Below, piece after piece: positions 15,001 to 26,195 of a DNA stretch of 64,000 nt. Made by a program: the position numbers and the translations under genes. Numbering within the stretch: the stretch's first letter is position 1; every line of letters starts with the position of its first letter. The stretch comes from Marsupella aquatica (lineage: Eukaryota; Plantae; Marchantiophyta). Location: assembly GCA_973895155.1 (NCBI GenBank), contig OZ316894.1, forward strand, positions 24,550,709 through 24,614,708. Reading direction: 5' to 3'. The notes beneath the pieces are model-generated. The model saw nothing but the letters and a program-made list of their open reading frames with translations, did not search any database and was not told the DNA's origin.

Positions 15001-18000
15001 AGGCCCCTGAGCCAATGGGACTCTCCTATGCCTGACGTTACTATGCTAGAAGCCGACCGAGCTGCTCTTGCAAAAGAACAGAGCAAAGTCAAAGGCACAC
15101 CAAAAAAGGGAGATGACAAAGGTACAAAAGCTAAACAGGGAGCCAACCAAGATGGAGCAAAGGTGGGGTCAGATAAGGCAGGGAAAGTGAAAACTGGCAA
15201 AAAAGAACCATCACTTCCACCTCAAACCATCGTCGAGCTTGACCTGGAACCAGAGCCACTTCATGACGTGGTACCAGATTCCAATAAGACTATGGTCCTC
15301 AAATTACATGCAGTTGCTGATATGATACGCTACGAATGCAGTGCACGCTCCATTCACTTCAAATCCACCATGATGTTCCAGGCTAGAACTTTCTCTTTCG
15401 ACCTTAAAAGCCTCAGCAGAGCAAGCCTGGTGTTTAACTGGCAAATGTACATGCAGGACGGCCAACCTGACCCCGGAAGTCTTTATGCTGTTAGCCCACA
15501 TACAGGGTCACTTACTTCAGAAAGCTCCATCACTATCAGTGTCAAATTCTCACCTTCTGAAGTCGAAGATTGCACCCGCCTTTTGAAGTGTGAAATTCCA
15601 GGGCTAGATCCTCAATGGATGCCCTTAAGTCTCCCTGTCACTGGGCATGTGACTAGACCTTGGTGCCACTTCAAACTTCCCAAAAGTGACTATATAAGTG
15701 GCAAGCGGCGTAGCCAAGCATTGATCGGTCCTAATGGTGAAGTGGGCCCCTTACACCCGGATACGAAGGTCATTGAGATCAAATCCCTTGGCATCAATGT
15801 ACAAAACTTCATGACTTTTACAGCCGTCAATCCAACTAGTCTAGTGTACAAATTTGTATGGGAGGCTGTTTCCACTCCTTCTCAAACTTGGCCAGAGGAT
15901 GAGCCTCTCCTGCAATCTGCGTTAGAAAAACTTGAGGAGCCTTTCCGCTGTTTGTGCAAGGTGGGAGAGATCAACCCTGGAGAAGGGTATGAGATGAATT
16001 TCGAGTTTTGTCCTTTGAGGTACGAACTTCAAGAGCGATTCTGGACCTTCCGAATTCCTGCTCTTGATATTGCTGTTCCTTTCTTGTTGGTTGGTTTTGT
16101 TGACAAACCCAAATTGCACTTTGACCACGCAGTGGTCAATTTCGGTAAAGTTCAAGTTGGAACAAAGGGGGAATCTCGAATCCTGTTGGTAAATTGTGAG
16201 GACATCCCTTTCCCTTTTTCGTTTGACAAAACCACATACCTCCGAACTCAGTATGAGCAAAATCCATTGGATCCCGTGCTGCTATTTTCGCCTCAACATG
16301 GTACGGTTTCCGCTAATTCCGAGACCCCTGTAGATATCAAATTTATGCCAATGGGTGAAGGGCCCCAGAACTTCAACGTAGTCTGCAATTTAAAGAAATC
16401 GCTGCAACTAACAGTGAACGTCAAAGGCGAGGGCTACACAATTCATGATAAAGTTTTCTTGGAGGTACTGAATGATGGGATTCCCCTTCAACTATCACCC
16501 AAGGAGGTGAGTCACATAGATTTTGGAGAGATTCTTGTCAATAATATGGTTTTCAAGAGATTCCAGTTGACCAACACTGGCATTTTCCCTTTCCAATTTG
16601 TGTGGCTGCTTGGCGGACACAAAGAAGTGGTTGTAGAGCCGCCTGGTGGGACAGTTGGTAGCGAGGAACAATTGTTTTGTGACATGTCTTTCTGCCCTGC
16701 AAGCCCTGCGACAATTACAAATGTTGCAATCACATGTCAAATACGCCACAGTAACTCATACGTTTTGAATCTCTGTGGAACTGCGTATCGTCCTAAGGCT
16801 GTATTCAGTTTCCTAGATTATGACTTCGGCCCAACTTTCCTTGATGCTCCCGAAAGGGATCCACCAATTGTAGAGTTAGTCATAAAAAATGCAGGCATAT
16901 CGGCAATCACATGTGAAAATCTCTACGAAAGCACTCCCCAATTGGATGTCCCCCATGCGACACTATTGATCCCAGAGGGTGAAAAGGATTCAGTGTTTAT
17001 CACTTTCAAGCCTCAGGGTGCCCGAGTTTACAAGGAGCATGTCAAGTTCTCAATTAATGGCTTGGACACTGTAACGGTGGTAATCACAGGAGAGGGTGTG
17101 GGGTTAGACATTCAGCTCAAGGACCCTACCCAGAAAAATATTATCTTCGACAGTCTCAAGATAGGACAGTTTGCCAAGATTCCAGTCCAGTTGGTCAATA
17201 GATCGAAAGCCTCTTGCGCACTCTCATGGGCACCACTCAAGGCAAGATTCCTGGAGCTGGATATGGTGTGCTTGCCAGCTGAAGGGCTGATACTGAAGGC
17301 CAAAGCATCAGGAACATTGGACATCCAGTTCCGGCCAAAATCAAGAGTTGCCCCATTCAGTGAACCTTTTGTGATAGCTGCGGCAAATACAGAGATCATT
17401 CTTGCGACGGTGTCTGGCGCTTGTACTGGCACGGAGGTCAAGCTGAGTGTCAACAAACTTGCATTTGCAACTGTGACACTTGGCTCCAGCGTGACAAGGA
17501 AGATACAAGTGGAGAATTGTGGAGACATCGGGACAGCTTTTGCGTGGGATGTTTGTACACATGCAACTGAGTGTACGTTCTTTCCACCTGAGGGCTATCT
17601 GGCCCCACACCAGGTGGCAATTGTCGAGGTTAGCTTTCATCCAACTGCTGTCCATCCAGATATTCTCATTGACAGAATTCCCTGTGTCATCACCGGTGGG
17701 GAGACGCAGTTCCTAAGCATCACTGGCGCATGCATTGAACATGATCCACCTGTGGAGACTTTCACTTTTATTGCTCCAGTAAGGAGCACAGACACAAAGA
17801 GTCTTCAGATTAAGAATCCAACTGAGAGGCTCTGGCTGCTGACGCCGAAGATTGAGAACAAATTCTTCATGGGACATTGCACAGTGGAGGTACCACCGAA
17901 AGGCACGGTGGGGTACGACATTATCTTTTGCCCTCTGACGATGAGTAATGGAAAACCTCACACCGGGTCTATCACTCTTCCAATGCCAGACGGATCAGCA

Positions 18001-19969
18001 CTCTTCTACAAACTGTCAGGAGATGCTGGAGCACCCCTTCCGGCAGGGGACATCACGTTCGACGTGATGGCGAGAAGGACGTCAAGTATCCCATTGCAAG
18101 TTGAAAATTGGCTCAAACTGGCTCAAATATTCAAAGTTATCATAGAGCAGCACGTGGAGGATCCTATTGCTACTCTCACGGGTCCGAAGGCTGTAGAGGT
18201 TCCAGGCGGGGCAAGCAGGGAATGCCTCCTCCACTTCCATGCGTACAGGCCAGGAACATATGGGTACAAGGTGACCTTTCTCAACGAAAAGACTAGAGAA
18301 TTTATTTTCTACAATCTCATGGTCGTAGTGAACAAAGGGGATATAGTCAAGACCATTCCTTTTGAATGTGTTTTGAGACAGAGGATGGTCCACACCCTAC
18401 ATGTTAAAAACCCTCTACATGCTCCAGTCACGTTTACAGCCAAGTGTGACAACCCAGAAATTCGAGTCCCAGCCACAATTGAGATCGACCCCGCAGCGAT
18501 GGCATCGATTGACATAGCCTACCGTCCTCTGCTCGAGGTCCAGACAGTCAGCTATCTGATACTGACAAACCAATTGCTAGGCGAAATGGTCTATCAGCTG
18601 GATCTAGTGTGCCATGCTGCTGGCTTCGATGAAACGTTACATTTTACCGCACCACTGGGCAGCAGGCAAACTCAAGTTTTCCGTTTCATGCACTATCTAG
18701 CGGCCAAAGTGAACTATAAGTGCGAGCTGTCACAAGAAGGAAAAGAGGCCGGTTTCATAGTACCACCTACAGCAAGTGCAGACGGTGCAGATTTGGATGG
18801 TAAGGAGGCACAGGTGAGATCCCACTAAATCTCCTCCTACTTCGGCACGGGAATACGTCTGACCCTACATAGACCTCAGAATTAGCTTCTCCTAGTACAA
18901 TTTTCTAATAATTTACTTCCCCTAGTACGGTTTTCACTAAAAGAATTTGTACCCATTCCCAATTTGCCTCTCCTAGTACAGTTTCTACTAAGAGAGTTTG
19001 CTTCTCCTAGTACCCTTTAAAGCCTCTGTCTGTGCTATGTTCATCTCATGGCGACTCTAAGCCAACTCAACACCAACCTCAGAGATGGATATAATGCTCA
19101 GTGACACCCATAGCATTGAAACACTTGGACATTCTAACTTGTCCCCCTTAAAAAACCCGGAACACATCATAGTTTTCTTTGGTCATTTCCGATGTGTCCA
19201 GATCAGAGACGGGTAGTTGTGTACCAAGATGCTGAGCATATACTTCCCTTCAGCTTGCGACCTTCGTGACTTCTGCTACTAGATTGCACTTAACTCCAAT
19301 TCTATTCATTCTATTCCATTTCATAAACATTCGGGGCCCTAGACGGGCAAATTGAACAGCAGCAAGTAGTTGTGAGAATTCAGATGGAGTTGAGTTGAGC
19401 GAATGGAAAAGAACGGAATGGAATTGAAGTAAAGTAAAGTGAATGTGTCGAATTGAATTACACTGAACCTACCCACCTCGATCTATTGCCCATTGCCGCA
19501 GGTGCCGATCATCTTCGAGCCGTCAGTGGTGGGAGAGAAGAGTTCCGGCCTCTTATACGTTCAGGATCCGAAGGCAGGGACCTATACATGCCGACTGCTT
19601 GGAACATGCGTTCCTCCTGTGCCGCAGGGCCCAGTAATGCTTTACGGGAAAGCAGGCTCCATCAACTTCCGCAATGTATTTGACACAGCAATTCAATTCA
19701 CCTACGCAGTCGACAATCCCGCATTCGTGTGCAGCAAGGGGGAGAAGATCACGCCAAAGAAGCAAATAAAAGTAGCTGTCTCGTACAAACCAACCCCTGG
19801 ACTGTCTGATCGAGGTCGACTAACCATTAGTAGCCCCGAGATCCCCCTCTACAGCTGGGTATTCTATCTTCAGGGCACGAACGAGCCCGCCCCGAAAGCT
19901 GGCAAGGACGGGAAGGGAGCCGGCAAGCTCTCGCCTCCAAAGGAAAAAGCTTCCGCTAAGAAGAAGTAG
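19..19969 (+). CDS. HYDIN: HYDIN-like axonemal central-pair apparatus protein (5'-incomplete; 19 exons in window, ~4,508 aa)
   Basis: Hand-spliced GT-AG exons that keep one open frame: 19-107, 361-541, 802-1272, 1519-1653, 1967-2518, 2768-3140, 3829-4273, 4783-5062, 5243-5554, 5826-6236, 6418-7134, 7607-7711, 8080-8244, 8675-11188, 11455-11630, 12041-12212, 12580-12867, 13141-18813, 19502-19969 (stop TAG at 19967-19969). The protein has many tandem ASH/Ig-like repeats (e.g. LDFGLVSYGF..I.NNSNVP, FDILPIRGILLPGEAETVEFSY, IHFKSTMMFQARTFSF, RPWCHFKLPKSDYI) and a central adenylate-kinase-like segment (GPPLIGKTT...RLQNDDCSAGVVFDGL), which is the HYDIN architecture. Confidence 0.95.
18885..19015. 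repeat. Degenerate short repeat in last HYDIN intron (4 copies of a ttctcctagtac core)
   Basis: (c/t)ct(c)ctagtac core visible at ~18887, ~18917, ~18968 and ~19002. Confidence 0.6.
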
Positions 19970-20971
19970 CAAGGCCAGACATCCCAGACTATGTCTACAA
20001 ATGTCTCCCGCGAGAGAACCCAAAGTAAACTTCAGATAAACATTCACGAAACACACCGAGCTAATGCCCAACATGTCCACATGAGAAATCCTGTCACGAA
20101 CACAACCAGACGCCACACTACAAAGTGACGCGCCACATATAAGAAATTCTTTCACAATATATACATAGCTCCCCCACACCCAAAGAGAATCCCCACATAC
20201 GAATTCCTTTCACAGAACAAACCCCGCTCTCACATATCAACAGAGCAAAGCCACACATAATAAGTAGTTTGGTGACAGGCAACAGTACGGAAATCTACTC
20301 CCCAGGAGGCCCGTGCTGCTGCTGATGCTCAAGGACCACACGTGAAATATTTGTGATACGTTCCCGAGATACCATAAGTTGGCCCATTTTATTTCGAACA
20401 AGGGAGAAAGTTTAGAAGTTACTATCCACTGGATGACATACGTTACAAGACATGCTTGACTTTCACCCCAACAAAATTGATCAACAATTTCATTGACCCT
20501 TAATCAAGCTTGAATATTTATGTACCACCCGACAATCATTTAAAGCGTCAGTTGACAATGAAGCGTCGGCATTCTCACCTAATTGCCCAAAATAGACAAA
20601 ACACCACAAGTACTCATGCTTGACTCGCGCACTGATCATTGCCTGCAGTCGACGAGTCGAGCAGACCTCTCAAAATATAGGTACGGTCAACGTCAATTTG
20701 ACTCCGATTAAATATATTGAGGAATGAAGAAGTAGGGAATGAGTGAAACCAACACTACTTGAGGAACAATTGGTTCTTATTCCCTCTTCGTCTTCAGGTA
20801 CATTTTGTTTGATCAACTTGCAATAAAATCGCAAACTTTCCCATAGTTAACAATGAAACAAAACCCCTAGCCAGAACTCTGCTCTAAAAGATAATCAAAT
20901 GGAGAACTATTGTCCGACAAAATTCCTAAGGAGGGGGGTGTGAGTTGTCGTCGATTTTACCAAATCTACAA

Positions 20972-23900
20972 CTAGCTACCTTCTACACGAGTCGGATCTG
21001 GCTTTTCTGTAGAACCAGGCATCTCAACTCCCAGTGACTCTATTTCACTAACCTGACCTTTAGTTTTGGGAGGTGACTTCCCTTTCCACTTCAGTTCCCC
21101 ATTGCTACGGCTTGGGGAAAGTGTTGACGGGGAGAAAATAAATTGGTCTACCACACCAAGGTGTGTGGCTAACTGGAACACAACCAATTCCACAATTCTG
21201 TTTGTGGGCAATGCCTCCTCTGGTAACTTTGGGAGACAACGAGGTATATACTCCTGCCTGTTGTGATACAGTGTATGCAGGCTAAATGTAGCTCGACAGA
21301 GCACAAATCTGCACGTAACGAAGACAGGCGTCAGTTGTGTGACTAGAATAAAATTCCATACCCACAACTCTAACACAGCTTCGCCACTTCTGCTGTAATA
21401 TGCAACGAGAATACACCCCTACTGATTTGTCACAGAAGATGAGTTTGTTGGGTCTACGTCCAACGTAAGGTCATTTACGAGAATCATGTCAGCTAGACTT
21501 AGGGTAAAACCATGCGAGCAAAGTCAAACCGATGAATGCAGTGTTTAGCAACTGAATTCCTACTTAGCAATCGAATCTACGTCTGGCCCCAGTTCGAATG
21601 TAGGAAACGTGAGAAACCTGAAAATCATCTGTCTCAGAAATGGGTCGCCGAGTATTCGACCCCAAGTTGGATCGATTGAAGGCGAAGCAGCCAATGACTC
21701 CCCAAATTTCGATGAAAGCTCTAACACGATTTTCTCCAGTTGTTCAAGCATACCCTGACAACAAACAAGAACAGTTGTGGGGATGTCTAGGAAACCCTGA
21801 TGTTGTCCTTCGCATCACAAATCCATTTAACCCAGAGAATCTCTAACTAACTTCTCATAAAAACAGGACCTACCAGCTGCAACTTGAGTGGTTGGCTGGT
21901 TGAAGACACACCAACCACTCTGCAAAAGGCTGGCACCGGCGCTGTCAGGAAGAATGTGAACAGGTTCCCCCCACTGTGAAGCCACGAAGCACCCGACGGA
22001 CCTTTGTCATCTGCTACCTGTACTGTTGGGGATAGCAGAAGAGCAGCTGATTCTACTCTCTCATGCCCACTTATGACCTACAGAAAACGAGCCTGAGTTA
22101 GACTCAGAAGAATAAGTCGGAAAATCTGCCAGGTCAACCACAGGCAAGAGTGCACTCGCCATCAGCTGCAGAAAAGAAAAGAAAAGAAAAGCAAGGGCTA
22201 ACCTCAAAAGCGGAACTATTGTCACTGTCAATGACAATAAGAAGTGGACGTCTTGTGAAAGGTAGAAGATCACTGGGGAAGAGGCAGTTGGCACCTGCAA
22301 ACAATTCCAATCGGCCAAACAATCTTCATTAACCTCATGAGGGGTTTTGAGGGCGTGATTGCGAAAATCTAAGAAGACACGGAACACATGCTTGCCTAGA
22401 GCCCTAGAGAGATTTCCTCGACTAAAGTCGCATACTTGTGAGCTCAAAGAGATCCAGGAGAAAGTTAGCCAACTTGAACGCAACGGAGACTCTATTGCTA
22501 ATTTACTACGTGGCTCAAACCCACAGTCCGAGGCTACTGACACCAAAAGTCAACCCCAAAGGTACAACATTGAACATCTGGGTAAAATTCGATTGGACGA
22601 AGTTTAGTCCCAAACTCTTTTTAGGATCTTAGTCTAGCGTGCCAGAAGAGACCATTTACTCGTTTCAAAGGGAGAAACTGCTGAACTGAGGCTCGGCTTC
22701 AATGTCAAAAGGGAGGGCCCTACCTGGGCTTCGCTTTGCTCCAAGCCAGAGACCGCCACTACTGTGGGAGTCGACTGCACTATGATTTCCTGAGTTTTGG
22801 CGGCTATTCAATTGAGAGGAGCTCCAAGGCAATGCGCCATTTTGCCCCACGGCTGTATTCGCCAGACTAGAATCAACGCTTTGCTTGCCTGACCTTTGTA
22901 CATTCTCTGTGGGTGACAGGGGGTTAACTTCAGATCCTGATGCAGACGAAGCACTGATGGAACCTGCATGAGAACTTCGGGGAGGCTTCCCTGCAAAAGA
23001 GCTCCCTGTAAGCCACATAACAGCACGGAAATCATGACAGGAAGTAGAAGTGTGACGCTGCGACGTACTTCTAGTAACAAATTTGAGTAAAGAAACCAAG
23101 AGATACAATGACGACGCAGAGGGAACTTTACCGGCGGCAGAAATGTATAGAAGGAGGACGGCATCAGAAGAAAGCTCTTCACAAGCTGTGGCCAATACCT
23201 GAAGGTGCAAATAGGCGAGATCTGAGTTAATACATTTCAGACTCGCAGTAACTCACCACACCAAAATTCATATTAGAATTCTATCGCATTGGGCCACAGA
23301 TTTACCAGCCTACGTCACAATTACGGTTCATGGGGTTGTAACTTGGGTGTGGTCGTTACGTACAAGAAGCAGCGAAGAGACAGTTGGTCTGTATAGGATG
23401 TACTTGTGGGGGTTGGGTGGCAAACTAGGATCCGGTATTTGCAAGTGAAGATTCCCTTTATTCACAGTCGATGGTCCCGAGAGAGAACCCACGGTCCCAC
23501 TGGAGAACGATTCCGATGATCTAGCTCTATATAGCACACCCGCTGGCTCCCATTCCAAAGACTGAAGCATTCGGAATGTGTCAAGAGTCAGCTCATTGAA
23601 TTTCACCTGCCAAAGACAAGTCCTTTGCGTCAGAACGTGATTCTATCCGATTATGTGGAAATTCAGACTGCCCATGAAGTAAAAAGAGGAGAACGCCTGA
23701 CATACTTCATTGTGGTAAAAGCTGGCGAGGATAGCATCCTGCAGTCGCAAAGGCTTGCACACGTCTGGGGAAGTGACCGGCATAAAATCATGCGGGTGCG
23801 GATCTAGCGAAAGACTGTATCGTAATGGCCTGCCAGTCTCACAACAAGCATCCGCTTTCATGAATCGCGTGATTTCCTGAACCACCAACTTCCACTCCTT

Positions 23901-24858
23901 CCCGTCATTGCCCTGCATCCATCCCGCCGCTGATTAGGGAAGCGCGTATGCAATTCAACGATTCACGGAGCACATGAGACCTCTGCAAAGGAGGAAACTT
24001 GAGCCACTTGGCCAATCCTGCAGCGCCTCACCAAAAATTCCGAACTGCCTCCCATCTTGGCACCCAATTAGCACCCACCCCTGATTTTTGGGGAAAGGGG
24101 AGGGGAAAATTGTTGGAATGTGCATGATGTCCAAACAAAAAGGGTTCATGAGGAGGACACTTGAGCTCCCTGGACACTTCTGCAGCTCTTCCCCCATCAT
24201 TTTAGGTCGGCTGAATGGAACAACGGTAGGAGATGACTAGACTGTGCTGCATCAAAAGGGAAAGATTTGGTAGCGGTACACAGAGGATGCGGACCTGGAA
24301 TAAATGGTTATGTTCCTCCACCAGGAACCGGAACTGGATGACGAGTTGGCGCACCATCTCGCGTTTATTGAGCAGCAAGCAGACGACAATGAAGCGGGCG
24401 TAGAAGCGCAGGTGCTTGTTGACCAGCGACGTGTCCTTGCCGGTGTCCTTGAAGTACTCGCGGGTCATGATGGCGTCGTAGAAAATCCAGGACTCCGAGA
24501 GGAACTTGGCATCACTGGTGCGTTGATAGTAGTTGTAGTAGAGCTGGCCAATGCGGGACGCAATCTCGCCAATCTCCCAGCGCTTGAGGCCCGTGCGCAT
24601 CAGCTCCTCGCGATTCTCCTGCTGGAACTTCCATAGTTTGGAGTAGTCCTGGAACGCTTTGTGGAAGTAAGTGTCCCATTTGTTGCGCCCGTACGGCGGC
24701 AATTCCTTCAGGCGCGAGAATTTGTTCAACGATTTGTCGAATAGGTTGCGATACTCCTCACTCACCAGTATGCCCCCTGCTCCTGCTGCTGCTCCTCCTG
24801 CTCCTCCTGCTCCTGCCGGCGTGCTGCTGCTATTCGTCGTAGTCGTCGAAGGCCCCAT
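20972..24858 (-). CDS. SCAI: SCAI-like protein (suppressor of cancer cell invasion family, DUF3550), 9 exons, ~705 aa
   Basis: Minus-strand exons with GT-AG junctions and consistent phase: 24858-24295, 23912-23706, 23606-23364, 23198-23132, 22990-22724, 22294-22203, 22077-21874, 21754-21618, 21308-20972. Family motifs: LPPYGRNKWDTYF, KLWKFQQENR..GLKRWEIGEIASRIGQLYY, VKFNELTLDTFRMLQSLEWEP, NPHKYILYRPT, LFPSDLLPFTRRPLLIVIDSDNSSAF, GNLFTFFLTAP, DPFLRQMIFRFVLCRA. Confidence 0.93.
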
Positions 24859-24994
24859 GTTCCCTGCTGCCAATCCCGCATGTTTTGCTTGTTTCTCCCT
24901 CTCTCTCCTCCGTCCCTCACTCCTCTTCCATCTCCCTACGCTACACTACACTCCCCACCCTTCCACCTCTCTCCTTTCCTCTCCTCTCCTCTCC

Positions 24995-25249
24995 TGCTTC
25001 GTCTTCTCTCGTTCCTCTGCCGCTTTTCCAGTTCTCAATCGCTCGTTCGTTTGCCTGCTCCTCCGACTTCTTCGTTGGCCTCTTTCCACTTCAATCTGTC
25101 CGGCTCTCCTCTCCTCTCCTCTCCTCTCCTCCGCTTCTTCTGCTTCGTCTTCTCTCGTTCCTCTGCCGCTTTTCCAGTTCAATCGCTCGTTCGTTTGCCT
25201 GCTCCTCCGACTTCTACGTTGGCCACTTTCCACTTCAATCTGTCCGGCT
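24995..25249. repeat. ~110-bp near-perfect direct duplication within CT/GA-rich low-complexity sequence upstream of the SCAI start
   Basis: tgcttcgtcttctctcgttcctctgccgcttttccagttc...cacttcaatctgtccggct occurs at 24995-25105 and 25141-25249, flanked by (CTCCT)n and (CT)n tracts. Confidence 0.9.
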
Positions 25250-25570
25250 GCTCCTGCTCCTGCACCTGCACCTGCTCCCCAACTTGAATCTCCGATTCCC
25301 TCGCTCTTCATCTGCGTCAATCTCTGGCTCCCCTCTCTCTCTCTCTCCGTCGCCTGCTCTTGTGTCTCCGTCTGATTTGGTCTCTCTCTCTCTCTCCCCT
25401 TGTGAAGCTCTTCGTACGCTTTTACGTACGCTTTTTCGAGCACTGTGACTCTTCTGTCAGCACGCGCAGACAAAACTCTGAGATACAGTGCGAGAGACGT
25501 ACTGTGCAAGAACCGACGGGCTGACGGACGGACTGATAGATGAACGGCCCGGGCACGCTGGTAAAGTCGG

Positions 25571-26195
25571 CTCTCTCTAAGTGCACACACAGTAATGTAA
25601 TCACTGTCTTCTCTGTCTCTCTGTGGACACAGACTTATCTAACTACAGTCGTCTCTGTTTCTAAGTGCACACAGACTTGTTTAACTGCAGTCATATCTCT
25701 CTCTCTCTCTCTATCTATGGACACACAAACAGAGTAATCTAACTACAGTTGTCTCTGACTCTATGGGCACACAAACAGAGTAATCTAACTACTCTTTGGG
25801 CACACAAACAGAGTAATCTAACTACTCTTTGGGCACACAGGGTAATCCAACTAGTCATCTCTCTCTAAGTGCACACAGAGATCTAACTATACTAGCCTGT
25901 CTCTAAGTGGAGACACATAACTGCAGTTGTCTCTCTCTATGGGCACATAGAGTAATCTAACTACAGTAGCCTCTGTCTCTAAGTGCACATAGAGTAATCT
26001 AAGGACAATTGTGTCCCTCTAAGTGCACACAGAGTAATATAACTGTAGTCATCGCTCTCTCAAAGAGCACACAGAGAATTCTAACTACACTTGTCTCTGT
26101 CTCTAAGTGGACATAGACTTGTCTAACTGCAGTCATCTCTGTCTCTAAGTGCACACAGAGTAATGCAAATGTGGTCGTTTCTATGAATGCACACT
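25571..26195. repeat. Minisatellite, ~42-bp degenerate unit, ~16 copies
   Basis: Recurring ctctaagtgcacacagagtaatctaactacagt(c/a)gt unit, with cores at e.g. 25581, 25664, 25941, 25983, 26022, 26065, 26107 and 26149. Includes a near-exact 33-bp internal duplication at ~25765-25830. Confidence 0.9.

Noticed and set aside
13348-18828. 1826-aa ORF as a stand-alone giant gene
   Set aside because: It begins at a non-ATG codon, the frame extends up to the acceptor at 13141, and it ends at the donor cag|gtgaga at 18813. It is one HYDIN exon.
24671-25590. Long ORFs (234, 187, 135 and 214 aa) in the ORF track
   Set aside because: They arise from stop-poor CT/GA microsatellite and duplicated sequence overlapping the SCAI start and leader. 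The translations are low-complexity with no domain.
25571-26195. Regularly spaced repeats with a palindromic core that could suggest a CRISPR array
   Set aside because: The whole unit is degenerate and the intervening sequences are related to each other rather than unique spacers. There are no cas genes and the context is eukaryotic. It is a minisatellite.
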